NCBI GenBank assembly: GCA_013239625.1 | Contig: MU054098.1 | Coordinates: 1,209,568 to 1,273,567 of the forward strand | DNA from: Lama guanicoe | Lineage: Eukaryota | Direction: 5' to 3' | DNA: 64,000 nucleotides | Shown here: in pieces, positions 12,570 through 28,750 of the stretch | How the letters are laid out: every line of letters begins with the position of its first letter | How positions within the stretch are numbered: position 1 is the first letter of the stretch | Notes under the pieces: generated by a model | Databases searched by the model: none | The model's input: the letters and a program-made list of their open reading frames with translations, nothing else | What the model was told of the DNA's origin: nothing | Program-made: the position numbers and the translations under genes

Positions 12570-13772
12570 TTTTTAAATTTCAATATCTTCTAACTCCCCT
12601 GGCCAAGTCTCCCTACTACCAAGCTGGAGCCATTGCAAGGTCAGTCAGGCTACACAGTCCAGGGTGCCACCCACGAATGTCAAGGTGTTCGTGGTCCAGA
12701 TTAATAGGACAGAAGATAACATTATACATTGTGTCTGGTACCAAATCAGAAGAGTATTTCTTCATGATGCTTATCCATGTGGTGTTCATCAGCTGCATCT
12801 GATAGTGAACATGAATTATGAAATGTTACAACACTGTCACGTTGTCACTGCACAAAATGACACACAGGAAAGGGCTGCCTGTGATATTGCAGAGGGGACA
12901 GATACACTCTACATTAATGAGGCCAAATTCCTTCTGAAATTGCTTTTTCTTTAGCCAGAGGTTACTTGTGGGGACAAGGGATAAGACAAAACACACAGTC
13001 TTCCTGAGGAAAGACATGTATCCACCCCAATGAGGTTATCTCTGAACAACTTAAACATGTTTGACACCACTCTCTTCTAGAAGTGGTCCTTGATCTTGTC
13101 TCTGCTCAGGCCTCCAATCATGAAGGCTGACATCTTTCTTGGTCATCCCTTCCAGACAGGTACTCTAGAGAAACCTGTCTGTGTCTCCCTAGATGGTAGC
13201 ATAGATTCTGGCTGACAGATGGTTGCACTGTATCAGTTAGCCGGCAGTTCTACCTATATATGACCTCCCAAAATGCACAGTCCCAACAGCATGGTGTTTA
13301 CCATGTCATTCAGATGTATAAAGATAGATTAGCCCAGCATATTATAGATTTCTACTGACTTCTCTGAACTTAAGAGGGACTTGGAACCAACGTAGTTACT
13401 AGAAGCTACTACTTTCTCTCAGCAGATGGTGAGTCCAATTCATGAAGCCATGGAAACTGGATTTTCTGAATCAGCTCTGGGCCCAGTGTCAAGCCCAGAT
13501 GGTATCATCTAGGCAAATGAAGCAACACCGTGTGTCCAGCTGCTCTGCTATGATACCATTCATGACACCTGCCAGCTCAGTGTCATAAAGAAAAATGTGG
13601 CCACAGGGCCAAAGTGGCCGCTGAAGCTCGTCTCAGCAGTGGAGTGGCTATAATCAGATACCAACCTCAGGACGCTAGTCTAGCTACTGCTACAGCTCTA
13701 GTCATCTTGACTTCCAGAAAGCATGTGGTCATAGAAAACTTCGGCCACTACCATGTTGGTCACGTGACTAGT
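12570..13772 (-). pseudogene. QTRT1: Processed pseudogene of queuine tRNA-ribosyltransferase catalytic subunit 1, heavily decayed (former CDS ~13705 to ~12654)
   Basis: Minus-strand translation across frames gives colinear, intronless blocks matching QTRT1 as recalled. MNGIIAEQLDTRCCFICL matches MKGITTEQLDALGCRICL; YHLGLTLGPELIQK matches YHLGLRPGPELIQK; HGFMNWTHHLL matches HGFMNWPHNLL; TCLEGMTKKDV..FMIGGLS matches [50 protein letters not shown] matches [36 protein letters not shown] matches YQLQLM. Many stops, frameshifts and deletions. Confidence 0.92.
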
Positions 13773-15606
13773 AATGCCCAAGGATTTTAAAATGGGGCTG
13801 CTACATGATTCGACTTGATTGTTTTTAAAAAAGAATCACTGTGCATTGTGGATGGAAGAGGGGAGAATGGAGGCAGAAAAAAACAGTAATAGGAAGATAT
13901 TACAGTAATCTAGGCAGTAGATAGTGGTGGCTTGGATAGCTGTGGAGGTGAAAAAAAGTAGCTATCACATATGTATGTAAAATTTTATTTTAATGAATAT
14001 TCGAAAAAGCATCACATGTGATGTTCCAAGTGACAAATGCAATTTAATGCATTCCATTATGGATGGAGTGGCCAGGCACAAATTCACGTGAAGTACTTGC
14101 TCTGGTCTTAAAATGCAACAGTCTTTGATCAAGAGGAAGAATGTGACAGGGGAAAAAAGAATAAACAAATTTGTGGGAATACAGAGTTCTAAAAGGGTGT
14201 CTAGGGAGCAGTAAATAGAATAATTTAACTGGAGTAGACAGGTTTTTTAAAGATAGGGTGAAAGTTAATGCTGGTAAAATAGATTGGTGCCAAATTGTGA
14301 AAGTCTTTGCATATGTGGATAGGTAGTTTTAATTTTATCCTTCGGGCAATGGGAAACTATCAATCCTTTTGAAGAGGAAGTTAAATCAAAGTGGTGGTTT
14401 AGAAGGAATAATCCGGCAGTGATGAACAGGGGTGATGAGGAGACAGTCTGGAGGCAGGGGAGGTCAATCAGCAAGTTACCACAATATTCCAGGCACATAT
14501 GCCTAGTCCTAAAATCAATCCATCCATCCATCCATCTCTGAAAAATGATGGAATTATGAATAAGATATTCTTTTGAATTAGCCATATGACAGTGGGATAG
14601 GAAAATTCTGCTTTGAATGTCTTAGTGGACTTGAGAAAGTTATGTACTACTTTCGAACTTCAATTAACTTTCTTATGAAATGGCAATGGTATTTTGTCAT
14701 TGTTAAGAGAAATATATAAGACAAATCATGTAAGATGCATAGCAAAGTGACTGATTTATATACATACTCAAAGGATAATTCCTTCCCTTCTTTCTTTACT
14801 CGCTATTTGGACAAGTGATCTAAGGTTAAAGAAATGCTAGGCAAAGCCCGATTTGAAGACTTCACATGTACAAACATTTACTGAGAAATAGACCATGCTA
14901 ATTATTATAATAGTAGCCTAATTAACAAGCATAAGAGATAATCAGGAGAAGAGGCATTTTGAGGGAGGAAGACAGGTTAGGTTTTCAATATCATCCTATT
15001 CAAGTGCAAGATTCTTGCCTGTGGTCAGAACTGCTGTATTAGATTGAGAGTCTTTCCTAGCGGCAACAGTTAAAGCCTTGATACTAGATAAAGTTACCGA
15101 AGAAGAGATTAAATAGACAGAGAATAATTTTTGCTCCTGGCCAGTTGAAAACCTTTTCCTAACAACTGCTAATTTTCTATAATTTTGGAAATATGCCACC
15201 AATAAGGGGTTCTAGTCAGTGTATTTTCCTTGAGCACCTATTATTTGTCAGACATTCTGTTAGGCATTTTATTGGCATTGTCACATGTAATTCTTCTGAT
15301 GACCTTCAAACAGATTTTAATAATCCTCTTTGTATATCTGAGAAATACAAGTTTCAGAGATGTTAAGTGATTTATGAAAGGACAGTCAATGGAACCAGAA
15401 ATCCAATCCAGATCTAACTGACTATGTTTATTGGGTCTAAATTTGCTAAAAAATATTGTTTACTAATCGGCCATATTTTCACCATCCAAATATCCGTATT
15501 TATATGCTATGATCCTTAGAGAGTATAGAAATAAAAATCTACTGGTCAGACAAATCTGGGTTTGAATCCTGGCTCTGTCACTGGATGTGTAAGTTGGAGC
15601 AATAAT

Positions 15607-16183
15607 TGAAACTGAACAAGACCCTGTGGTGCCTTCCTGGGTAGAAAAGCCTTTCCATGTTTCATGTTTCCTGTTTCTTGGTAGGAAAAAGGCTTCAGCC
15701 TCTCAGACCCTCCCTGAGTTCGAAAGGGCAGATTCAAACAGCTAATGATTAGAACAAGAATCACGAGACTCCTAGTTCCTCCTGAAGGAATATGCGTAAC
15801 AGTCTGATATGTATCTATGAGTTCTTCTACAGGAACTACGGCCCCCAGCCAGGTGGAGGGTGGTAACTTCAGGCTGAGATCAAGCAGTCTGCACCCCAGA
15901 CTGGTTGGAACCAGAAGGCTGATGACTGAGATTTCTAGAACAGCACCTTGTTACCTCCCCACCAACCAATAAGAGAAAGGTCACATACCCTGCAGCCCTC
16001 CCCCCAAATCTGCCTTGAAAATTTCTTCACTGAAACCTATCAGAGAGTCTGAGAGTTCTGAGTACTACTGGCCTGTTCTCTTTGCCTGGCCCTTGCAGTA
16101 AATCTCTCCCTGCTCCGAACTCTGACGTTTCGGTTTGTTTGGCCTCACTGTGTGTCAGGCACATGAACGTGGGTTCAACAACA
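15607..16183 (+). mobile_element. Solo ERV LTR (ERV1-type) inserted in a MIR
   Basis: TG...CA termini, 4-bp TSD taat (15603-15606 and 16184-16187). The flanks rejoin as MIR core (ctgggtttgaatcctggctctgtcac...ccagtttcctc). Confidence 0.85.
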
Positions 16184-16467
16184 TAATTTCCTTGAACCCC
16201 AGTTTCCTCGCAAGTAAAAACGAGACAATAAATGAAAAAATCTACTCCAGTGTTTGGAAATTCTTAATTTTCTCTTTCTTTCATTTACTCCATCATTAAA
16301 CTTTTCATATCTGGAAAAAAAAATGAAAGCTCAACCTACTGAGAAAGTTCCTCTCCCAGGGCATAATACCCTGTCTTGTGAGTAAATATACATTTTAACA
16401 CATTCGTCAGTTGTACATCAACTGTTATCCTCTTTCAAATCATCCATTAAATTAAATAAGTAAATAC

Positions 16468-16478
<11 letters not shown>

Positions 16479-16516
<38 letters not shown>
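16479..16516. repeat. (TA)n microsatellite
   Basis: Seen directly. Confidence 0.95.
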
Positions 16517-16520
<4 letters not shown>

Positions 16521-18367
16521 CAGCATCTGGAAAAATTCTGCAATTTCTATTTTCTTGCTCTTAAATACAAGTGTTTATTAACTGACAAATTCAGCATTAT
16601 TCTCTATCTCAGGACTACAAGCACATCTCTCTTTCCAAGTACTGACCAAGTATAAATCCATCATGGAAATGGGTACAATTTCAAAACTGCTTTGTAATTT
16701 GATAGATCCAGAATGTGAATCTAAAAGAGGTTACAGAAATTGGCAAAATTGTAGCAGTAACGGAGGCTAAAGCAGTGCTAGGCGGTATATTTGAACCCTT
16801 ACACGTTTTTTTTAAATTGCTTTATTTTGTAAATCTGAATTATAGCATAAACAAAAATTGAGCTAGACCAACTGAAAAAGGACTCAGAATTATTACCAGA
16901 AGCTGTGTTTTCTTTGCTTACCACATTCATCCTTCCCTTTAGCCAGGTGTGGTTTTCCCTACCCATCTATGGATGTTTACCCACCTGAAATGAGGCATCA
17001 GTGCTGGCACTGAGTAAAGTGCAAGCTAGAAATAGAATCTTTGTTGCTGTTGTGCCTTAGTGGTATCTGAGTTTGAGGCCATTTTCTATATAAATCCTCT
17101 GTATATATTTCGTTTAAACACCATTATGAGTACCTGAAATTTGAATCATAGGGTACCTATCCATTCCTCCCTACTTTAATTCACTTGCCTGGACTTGTCA
17201 TCTTATTTCTTTGTCTGATTCCTACATTGCAATCCCCTTCCTTTCAGTCAAAGTCATAGTTTTATTCACCATATCCTAGGCTTTTCCTCTTTTTGTGCCA
17301 CTTAGCTCCTAGTCCAATGCTTTCTATGAATTGTATTGCTAGATGTCCACTGGTGCCTTTAAATGACTTTTTTTTTCCTACAATTCTTCTCCTTCTTAGC
17401 ATTCTTTACACAAAAGTTGTCTAAATTTCTTAGATCTACTACTCAGCATCCTCCACTGAATCTCAACATCATGTACAAGGCCCTCCTTTTCAGGCATTTC
17501 CTACCATCTGCCTTCAGCAAAACTTACCTAGCTCTTGATCCATTTTATCAGGGCCCAGATCTCTAAGAGGGTTAACTCAATAAATAAAATCTGGTTTAGG
17601 TATTAACGACTGATTGTAAGTTACCAAGAAATAAAATTTTACATCTCTTTGGCTTTTAAATGCTTTAACTCCAAATAAATGTCTAGTAAGGGAGCTATAT
17701 TATAGATTGGGATTATCTTTGAAATACCACTCAAAACATATCATGCAGTTGATATTGCAGCCATCAAATTTCTGTATTGCTTTTAAAGAATTATCTCCTG
17801 AGAATGTGTATTTATACAGCTAAACAATCCAGCATGCATTTACTCTTTATCTTGCAATGTGTTTGACGTTGAATGCATATTGGATATAATTTTCTCTGTA
17901 CAGTTCAGGTATAGTTCCCAAATGTAATTATCATATTTGAATGGAGTCTATTCTCCAAAGCTGAAAATTGTTCGTATTTGGAAAGGAAATCAATGTAATA
18001 TAAAATTGAACAAAAAAAAAATAAATAAAGAAGACTGAGGATCCTACTACAAATAGAGAATGAAAAAAAAAATAAGTCATCATCAAGGCTAATGTAGACC
18101 CTAACACAACCTTGTAAATTAGAACAAAAATATTTTGGAATCACTAATAGTTTTAGCAGCTTAAAAATATGCAAAAACACCACCGTCTCCTTTACTCATA
18201 CCCTCTGCTTCCACGTCAGCCCTCTCAACATTCTCCATAAAGATGACAGAACCAGGGTTCTATTTGTAGCAAATACACCTTAGTAACAAATCCACATAAA
18301 ATCCAAATAAATTAGAATAGAATCCTTTAAAATGAGCTCATTGTTATATTCTCGTCATCAGACAGCC

Positions 18368-18716
18368 TGTCTTAGTACATTTGGGCTGCTATAACAAAAT
18401 AGCATAGACTGGGTAGCTTTTAAACAACAGAAATTTATTTCTTACAGTTCTAGAAGCTAGCAAGTCCAAGATCAAGGCACTAGGATATTTGATATCCAGT
18501 GAGGGTTCACTTTCTGATTCATAGTGCCTTCTAGCTATAACCTCACATGGTGGAAGAGGCAAAGGGTCCTTCTGGGGCCTCATTTATAAGGGACTGATTC
18601 CATGCATGAGGTTGCTGCCCTCATGACTTAATCACCTCTCAAGGGCCCCTCCACCTTGGGGGTTAGAGTTTCAGCATATGAATTTTGGGGGGATACAAAC
18701 ATTCAGACAATAGCAC
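18368..18716 (-). mobile_element. MaLR LTR (MLT1A-like)
   Basis: tgtcttagt...gggctgctataacaaaata...acagaaatttatttcttacagttct...cattcagacaatagca. Confidence 0.85.
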
Positions 18717-19139
18717 TGTCCAGCTAGACATGAGTTCTTCCTTCCTTGAACTCTATTTCCACTACCTTTCTGGCACCTGTATCATAGTCTAATATGTATT
18801 GCAGCAGTTTGTGTGCAGGTTTTGTCCTTTGACTAAAGTGTATGTTTCTTGACGGAAGATGCTATAGTCTATCTTGAATCCCTAATGCCTACTAGAGTCT
18901 CTCTCCCCTCAAAAAGCATTATGAGGTCTAAAATAAATAATTCTATTCTTATTCCTTATTTCATCATTGATTTCTTTGTTCAACAATATTTATTAAGCAC
19001 CTGCAATGTACAAGTACTCTCCTAGTCAGAAGTTATGCAGTGATTAACAAGACACATGGTTCTTGCCCTCACAGAACTTATATTCACATGGTAGAGACAA
19101 CAGCAGCAACCCAGTAGCTAAAAAAGCACTTCACTAAAA

Positions 19140-21080
19140 TGTAATTAGTGGAAGGAAAACAAACCCATGGGTGCCACAGGTTGGAGGAGAAACTGACTAC
19201 AAAGAGGATGCACAAGGGAACTTTGGAGGTGAAAGAACTGTTTTTTAATTTTAGGATGAAGAACCTATATTGTATTGGGGTAGTAGATACATGCTTACAT
19301 GCATTTTTCAAAACCTGTAGAATTGTACAATACACGGAGTGAATTTTAATGTATGTAAACTAAAAGATAAAAATCAATCAGGATGTCAAGGTATCTCAGG
19401 ATGGAATGTAGACTGTGACAAACAAATCTACCTGTATTACGATGTATAATATGATGACACTGAAGCAGGTGGGGAAAACAAGCTGACCTAAGTAACTTTG
19501 GAAAACAATGTTTTGAGTGGAACCTGTAAACTAAAGACAAAAGGAACTATGCTACTACACTACTTCATTCATACTCACTATTCCATTCATACACGTTACT
19601 TCATTCATATTCACATACTTCATTCATATACACTACTACACTACTATTACACTACTCTAGTTGCTAAATTTGTTTCTCATGAGGACACAAGTTAATAATT
19701 CTGAAACTGTTCCAGGTGAGCAAATAAATAAATGTATGGTGTATAGTGACAGCCAGGTTTCTTAATGCTGGAGTTACAGATAAGCAAAAGAGGAAGACTA
19801 GAATGAATGATGTGACACGAGATTAAAGCTGGAGACACTTCCATTAAGTCATAATTTGCTTAATATAGATTAAAAAGTGTAAATAAAATAGTTAATGATA
19901 TGGTACATTAATGGTATTAATGATGCTCATGTACATAGTTTAGCATACATGTGTGTATATTGTTGCTCTGTTCATTGAAAGAGCCTAGAAACGTTACTCC
20001 AGTAGCAACAAGCAGAGCCGGTGCCAAGATCTTGGTCTATAAACACCATTCTCCAATAAAAGGTACCAAGGCTCCCTGGAGAAATGGCTAATAGTGGGGC
20101 TGAGTGAGGGATATACAAAACAAACCTGGAGCTTCTTATATGGCCAGAAATTACAAAAGTGTCCCCCTTCCCCAAGAAAAATTCACCATTATGAGGATAT
20201 ATCAAAGGGAGACTGAAACCAACTGAAAAAGCTCCCAATGGCCAAATCTGGAACAATTTGAGGAATAAAATATGTAAACTATAATTGGATTATAAATCAA
20301 AGTATAAAATAAATACACATGAGTACACAGTGATATTAATAAACTAATGAATAAATGAACAAGGGAGTGGAGATCATACAAAGAAATCCCAAGTACTGTA
20401 TGTAGATGCTACCTACTCAAGGAGATAGTTTAATTGTCCCCCAACTCCCTTAGAACAGACTAGACTTAATGGCTTACTTTCAAAGAATAAAGTAAGGAAA
20501 GAAAAAAAAGTAAATAAATAAACGTGGCAAACACTACATTAACCAAGTGATGCAGGTTAGCATCACCAGTGATATCATATCAGTATCTTGCAAACTTTGA
20601 TAGATGTGATGATAAGATCAACTTCATCTTTGTGGTATTCTTCATGAAAACCTATAACTCCAGTCTAATCATGAGAAAAAACATCAGACAAACTCAGATC
20701 ATGGGATATTCTACAAGACACCTGGTCAATACTCCTACAGATGTTTACGGTCATGAAAAATACAGAAAGACTGAAAAAAAAAGTCACAGACCAAAGGAAA
20801 CTGGGAGACACGATATCTAAATGTAAGGTGATACTGTGGATTGCATCTCAGAACAGAAGACCTTCCATTGGACCTTAATGGAAAAACTAGTGAAATACAA
20901 ATTAAGTCTGAAATTTTGTTAGTAGCAGTGTACCAATACTGGTATCTTAGTCTTGACAAATACACTATGAACATGTAAGATGTTCCTAACGGGGTAAATT
21001 GAGTGAGGTGTATATAGGAACTCTCTCTACTCTCTGTAATTTTTCTGTAAACCCAAAATTATTTCTAAACAAAAATTTTA
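19140..21080 (+). mobile_element. L1MC-type 3'UTR
   Basis: Characteristic blocks ccattctccaataaaaggtaccaaggctcc, ccagtctaatcatgagaaaaaacatcagacaaac, ggaactctctctactc...tttttctgtaaacc. Confidence 0.75.
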
Positions 21081-24000
21081 GGAATGTAAAAAGTGATTCA
21101 AAAGACATACATAGCCTCTATTAAATTGTCTGAGGGCCTTGCTACAACCTATTTTACTGTTTTCTTTAGCTCCTTAGAGATCATTTTCATCCTTCTGTCC
21201 ATTTCTACCACATTCAGAACCATCTTCCTACAAAAAATGCTTCCATTATTCTACTTCTCTTCTCAAAAAGCTATTGTGACTTCCCATTTTTGTATGAGAA
21301 ATCCCAAACTCCTCAGGTAGATTTGCAAGTTTCCTTCATCAATTGATTCTTACCTTATCTTTCCAAACTTACATACCTATAAATTGAATGGATGAACAAA
21401 TGTTTACTGGGATGGAAAAACAAATGTTTAGCATCAATTATGAGTCAAACATACTGCTGAGTGTGTGGTGCCAAAGAGAGTAGTGAGATGTTACACCTGC
21501 CCTGGACATATAAACAGAAATATAAATAATTGTAAGTATTATAAGTGCTAAAGTACAATGGAGAAATTAACACCACATGGATAAATAACTCACAAGGAAG
21601 GGAATGGAAGAAACGTCTCGAATGGAAGTAGAACTTTACCAATCAGAGACGTGCATTTCATTTAAAGAGAAACAATGACAAACTCAGGAAACCATAAAAT
21701 TCTTGCAGGGAGAGCAGTGACTAGAGAATGTAGCATACGTAGCAGCGAGAGGTAGGTAAGACTAGGAGAGCAAGTTAAACTCAGACTGTGAAGGGCCTTG
21801 GATTCTTGGTTAAGGAAATTTTATTTTCCTTACAGCAGCTATAAGTAACCTCTTTGCTAAAATGCTGTCATCATGCACAGAATTATATATCATTTCATAT
21901 TGTTCTCTTGCTGTTTTTTTATATGAAATATCCTTTAACAAATCTTGCCTTTCTAGCCAAATCACCAAATAAGTTTTCCATTTCTGAAGCCCAATATTAC
22001 ATAGCAGAGTACTGAGTTCATTACATAGCAGTTCCTGAAAATTTTTGCTTAATGTATCCTTATTTATTTACACCAGGCATCCTTGTTTCTTTGTAAAACA
22101 AAAACAATGAAAAACAAATTTCTTGGGTTTTTTTGAGAACCACATCAGTGAACATTCTTAGTCTGTATCTGCACTTTCAAGAAGTTCACCAGATACGTAA
22201 CTGCATTTCTTTTCTTAAATTTCAGTATTAGTATTATATCATGCACAAAATACTATTTGGTCATTTGCCTAGTGGCCTTGAATTGATCTATTATTTATGT
22301 GTACTTTTAGAATCCATAAGGAAGGAGCCCGCTGTCCCTGGGAACTTCGGCCAATACCTTTAGTCATGGGGATGTCCAGCTTGTCTTATGGTTACAGTCA
22401 GCTAGGAATGAAACTGGATTATGGGCTCTGCTCTTGCTCCTTTTGCAATCTTAATGTTTGCTGATGACCAGTACTTTATTGTCATGATCTTGATAGACAA
22501 GGGAAGAGTTTCTCAAACAGTACAAGTCAGTCAAGTTTCTCCTCATGCTCTCTTTTAGGGAAATAGACTGAATGAAACACTTTTGCACTGCCAGAGAAAA
22601 TCAATTACAGTTTTAAGGCCATCGCATGTGAGAGATATTTCACCTCTATATTCTAGATGAGAAAACAAATACAGAGGGGCTAAGTGAGTACTTTGAAATC
22701 ATAGAGCCAATTAACATTGGTTCCAAGACCAGTCCAGGTCTCTTGAAGCAGTACTTTATAAAAACTATGAAGGTCACTAATAGCCCAGATAACACAAATG
22801 CATTTTTAGTAGAACACTAGAAAGTAATCAAACAGCCTGATGTAGAATACTCTGGCCAAATTTTCATCATAGAAAGATGCTCTTCTGTGGATTGCAATTT
22901 TGAAGGCAGGTGTTGCTACAAGCAACCAGGGCCATTACAAAAATTAAAAAAGTCAAGTGTATCATGAAATTCATTCACAAACCAGAGAAGCAATGTTCTT
23001 CTGGTACAATATCAACCATTGCACACAAGAATTGACAGAATTATAACAATACAAAAAAAAGGGCACATTTAATTGGATTAAAACTAAATAGACACAATTG
23101 TATGTGTAAATCCAAACATCTATAATGGTCACCAAAGGTGATCCAGATAATCACAACTCCAAAATGAAGCTCCTGATTATTTCAAGTTGGGAATGAGGCT
23201 GTGTGATCTGTGTGACAGCTGTGACAGGTAATAAAAAGAGAAGTTCCAATAAAGAGGCACAAAGCTGCATCATAATGTTACAAGAAGCTACAGATTCATA
23301 TAATAAGATTCGTTAGAATTTGAACTTATGGTTAGCAAAGACAGTTTTATTCTACAGAGATTTAGGAATAGGGGAAGTTCTTTTTATCCCTAAATTAACA
23401 AGAGATATATGTTGCTCCAAGGTAAGATGATACTTGTGTTTTCTGATTTACCTAAACTGGCTGAAAGTAGTCTTCCTGTTTTCTCACCGTTACTGTTCTG
23501 TGAGGCTTATTTTGCTATTTCAACTCCCAGGAAGTGAAAGGTACACTCATTTTTCTTTTCACTTCTCAATTTCCTTCTACTATAATTTGTCTTTGGGGAC
23601 CTTCTTTCACCAGTCCAATCCAGCCAATTAATTTATACCACAAGTGAAAGGAAATTAATATGATACATTCAAAACATATGTTATATCTTACAGATATGAA
23701 AATAGAATTTTCATTCAATTTAATGAGCATAATAAATTTTCAGCCTCAGGTATAACTGAACAATAGTCATAACATAATTTATTTTCCAAATTCTAGGATA
23801 TCAGCAGGAAGAGCTCTCTTAAAAACTGGGCCTTATCATATTTTTCCTATGCTTAGATAAAAGGAACATCAAATTGAGGGTTAGGTAAGGAAAGGATGGT
23901 ATAAAGAAATATCTGAGATATTACTTTTCTTGTTAAATGGAAAATGTGCTGATTATATTTCATAGAAATTTTCTTCTCCTATTATATCACAGAACTCTGT

Positions 24001-24095
24001 TTTAAGGAAAATTCCACCTGTCATAATTCTTAAATAAATCTGGAAGGTAAGGTATCTTATCAAAGAGATAACCAAGGTGGGAAAGGTTAAATCAC

Positions 24096-26231
<2,136 letters not shown>

Positions 26232-27019
26232 GACTAACAGCTGGTAAATGATGTAGTAGTTTGTTAAAATCTAGGGCTCTTCACACCTAGTGTATAGCTC
26301 TTTCCCCTAAACTTTGCTACCCTGTACTTTACATTTACTTTCCAGGTTAGTTAACAAAGGGCCAGTAAGTCACCATAATTATATTGGGCAGTAAATACTG
26401 TATCTTGAGAATGTTACTGAACATGGAAAAAAAATTACAAAGTTTTATTAAGACCTCCAAGAAGCCAGGGGCTTCTAAGTAATGTATCACTCTCATGGAA
26501 AAAATCTGACATTTTTCAGTCAAAAGTTCACAATTCTAGTTACATCAAGTTAGTAGGTAAAGGAAACTCCATTCCCTTATAATAAAATACATTTTCATGA
26601 CATGACAAAAGATCAGAAAAATTATCTAAGAACAGTCAGGATGTAATTAATGACTTCCCATTTGACTGTTAAAGTATTTTAAGGAGTATGATCTGTTTGG
26701 ACTCTTACTGTGTGAATCCAATGAAAAGTCATACTTTGGTTTTCTCTTTCTTGTCTTTAATTCTACTGAAGGTGACAAACACACACACATACACACACAC
26801 TTACACACTTAGAAACTCCAGAAGTCAGCTTCCCGTTCTAAACCTAGTGCCTACCTAGCTAATCAAGAGATTTGAATTCTTGTCTTAAATGTGCCACTAT
26901 CTGTGTGACTTCAGTCCAATCACTTCAGCTCTCTGGGCTTCAGCTTCCCTATCTTTAAGTTGAAGGCCATGATCTAAATGATCTTTAATGTTCACAGTTG
27001 CTCTGGTTTTCTATTATTC

Positions 27020-28750
27020 CATTATCTCAAATATTCAAATAAAATACCCTTGGCATCCTATCTATTTACAAAGTGCTATTTTCCTAAGAGATTCCCTGAA
27101 TCTCTACTGGCATTTTGAATGAGAGACCTTATCTGCCAAAACTTGAATATTTTGAATTTATATATATATATAGCCCAACTACTGTCATTGGTCTTACTGC
27201 TGTATTTTCAAGAAACAGGCTGCTTTCTGAACAATGAGGTCTATACAATTTTTAAAGAGTTATTCTCCTGACCAGAAATTAGTCAGTGGATAAACTGCCA
27301 CTGAAGGTAACTTAATGTGTATTATTCTAATTTCTATGTATTTAAGAACATGGAGGTAAAGATATCTAGGCTAAAAAACCCAGTCCCAAAGCTTCCTACT
27401 CCATTTGAAATATCACTGAAAAACTTGGATCAAATTTCGAATGGGAAGATGAACTAGGAGGCCGACTGTTTTTTCTTTCATACACTTAGCAATCTAGTAA
27501 GATGGCTGTGAGAAAGACAATAATATGATAATTTTTAGTGGAGGTAGGCTAATTTCTGTAACATGCTAACCCACAAATTAAAGTGGCTTAACACAGTAGA
27601 GGTGTCTTTCTTTACTCAGTATGTAGTATTTGTGGTGGTGGGGATGGGGTAACTTCTGTTCCACACAGTTATTCAGCAACGCAGCTGCTAGCAGCTCTGT
27701 AATCATCAATAGATGATTTTCAAGGTCACCCTTGGAGACAACATACAGCCAGCACAATAGGAAAGAACATGAGGGATGGAAAACGGCTTGAAAGAGCATA
27801 AATTATCTCCTTCTATGCAGCTCTGGCTATAAATCATTCAGATGGCCACACCTAACTGCAAGGAGCCTGGGAAATGCAGCCCAGTCATGTGCCCTGGAAG
27901 AGGAGGTCTTCAATTGTTTGGTTGAGGCCCAACCACATTACTGATTATAATCTCTGTTAGTTAAAATAAACTTATTATAGAAGTTAATCACATCTACAAA
28001 ACACCTTCATAGCAACATGTAGATTAGTGTTTGATATTCAATCAAACTAGGTATTATAGCCCAACCAAGTTGAGACAGAAAACTAACCGTCACAGTATCT
28101 ATTGGAGGAATATATACAGTGAAAAGATTATTTACTTCCTAAGAGCTAAATTAATCTCTCAAGGATAATATGTGGTTTGGCCATATAAAAAATAAAAGGT
28201 TGTTTTTCTAGGGACAGATTTTCAAATGAAGAAAAGTTCATTGGTTCCTAATGATTATTATTTTCAAGACTTATGATGCAAGATATTAATAAATCATGGT
28301 GCACCACAGATGTCAAATTGGTTAAGAAGAAAATTCTAGACTAAAAGCCAGCAAAAATGTATATCAGAAAGGAGTAAAACCTAAAATATGCCATATCCCC
28401 TACACCAAGCTGCATAATTTGACCCACACTATAAGAAGGTAAAAATCTTGATAAACACAATAAAGCTTGAATGAATGTATTTTAAAACACACAAATACTG
28501 TATTAATAAAATGATCCACATGACACAACACTGGAAATAATTAAGATTAATTTGGCTAATCAACTAATGCCTTTAAAGTGATTTACATATGATGAGTTAC
28601 ATTAACTCTTGCATTAAATGAGTCCACTTATATCTAAAATTATGTGAAGAAATATCTGCAGCAGCAAAATAAATGGTTATATTTGAGGAAACTATACATA
28701 TAGTTTAATATCAAAGAATTAAACATCTCATTTGTCACCATTATCACTTA
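27020..28750 (-). mobile_element. Very ancient non-LTR retrotransposon RT fossil (RTE-X/L4-like), interrupted by LTR fragments
   Basis: Degenerate motifs in the expected RT order on the minus strand: D-x-VTNEMF (~28745-28721), NHFKGIS*L (~28583-28557), NLTSVVHHDLL (~28319-28287), SNGV...FS..IF (~27410-27360), LSTD*FL as a possible YADD remnant (~27293-27273), SKT (~27198), FEYL (~27039). Confidence 0.5.
27545..28093 (-). mobile_element. Adjacent MLT1-like (~27545-27905) and MLT2-like (~27906-28093) LTR fragments
   Basis: agtggcttaacacagtagagg...cctaactgcaaggagcctgggaaatgcag; then gttaatcacatctacaaaacaccttc...aagttgagacagaaaactaaccgtcaca. Confidence 0.65.

Noticed and set aside
12664..12954. 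96-aa plus-strand ORF
   Set aside because: It is the antisense frame of the QTRT1 pseudogene.
22372..22415. Possible minus-strand mini-exon encoding a WW-like DCNHKTSWTSP
   Set aside because: In-frame stop immediately after, weak donor, and too short to distinguish from chance.
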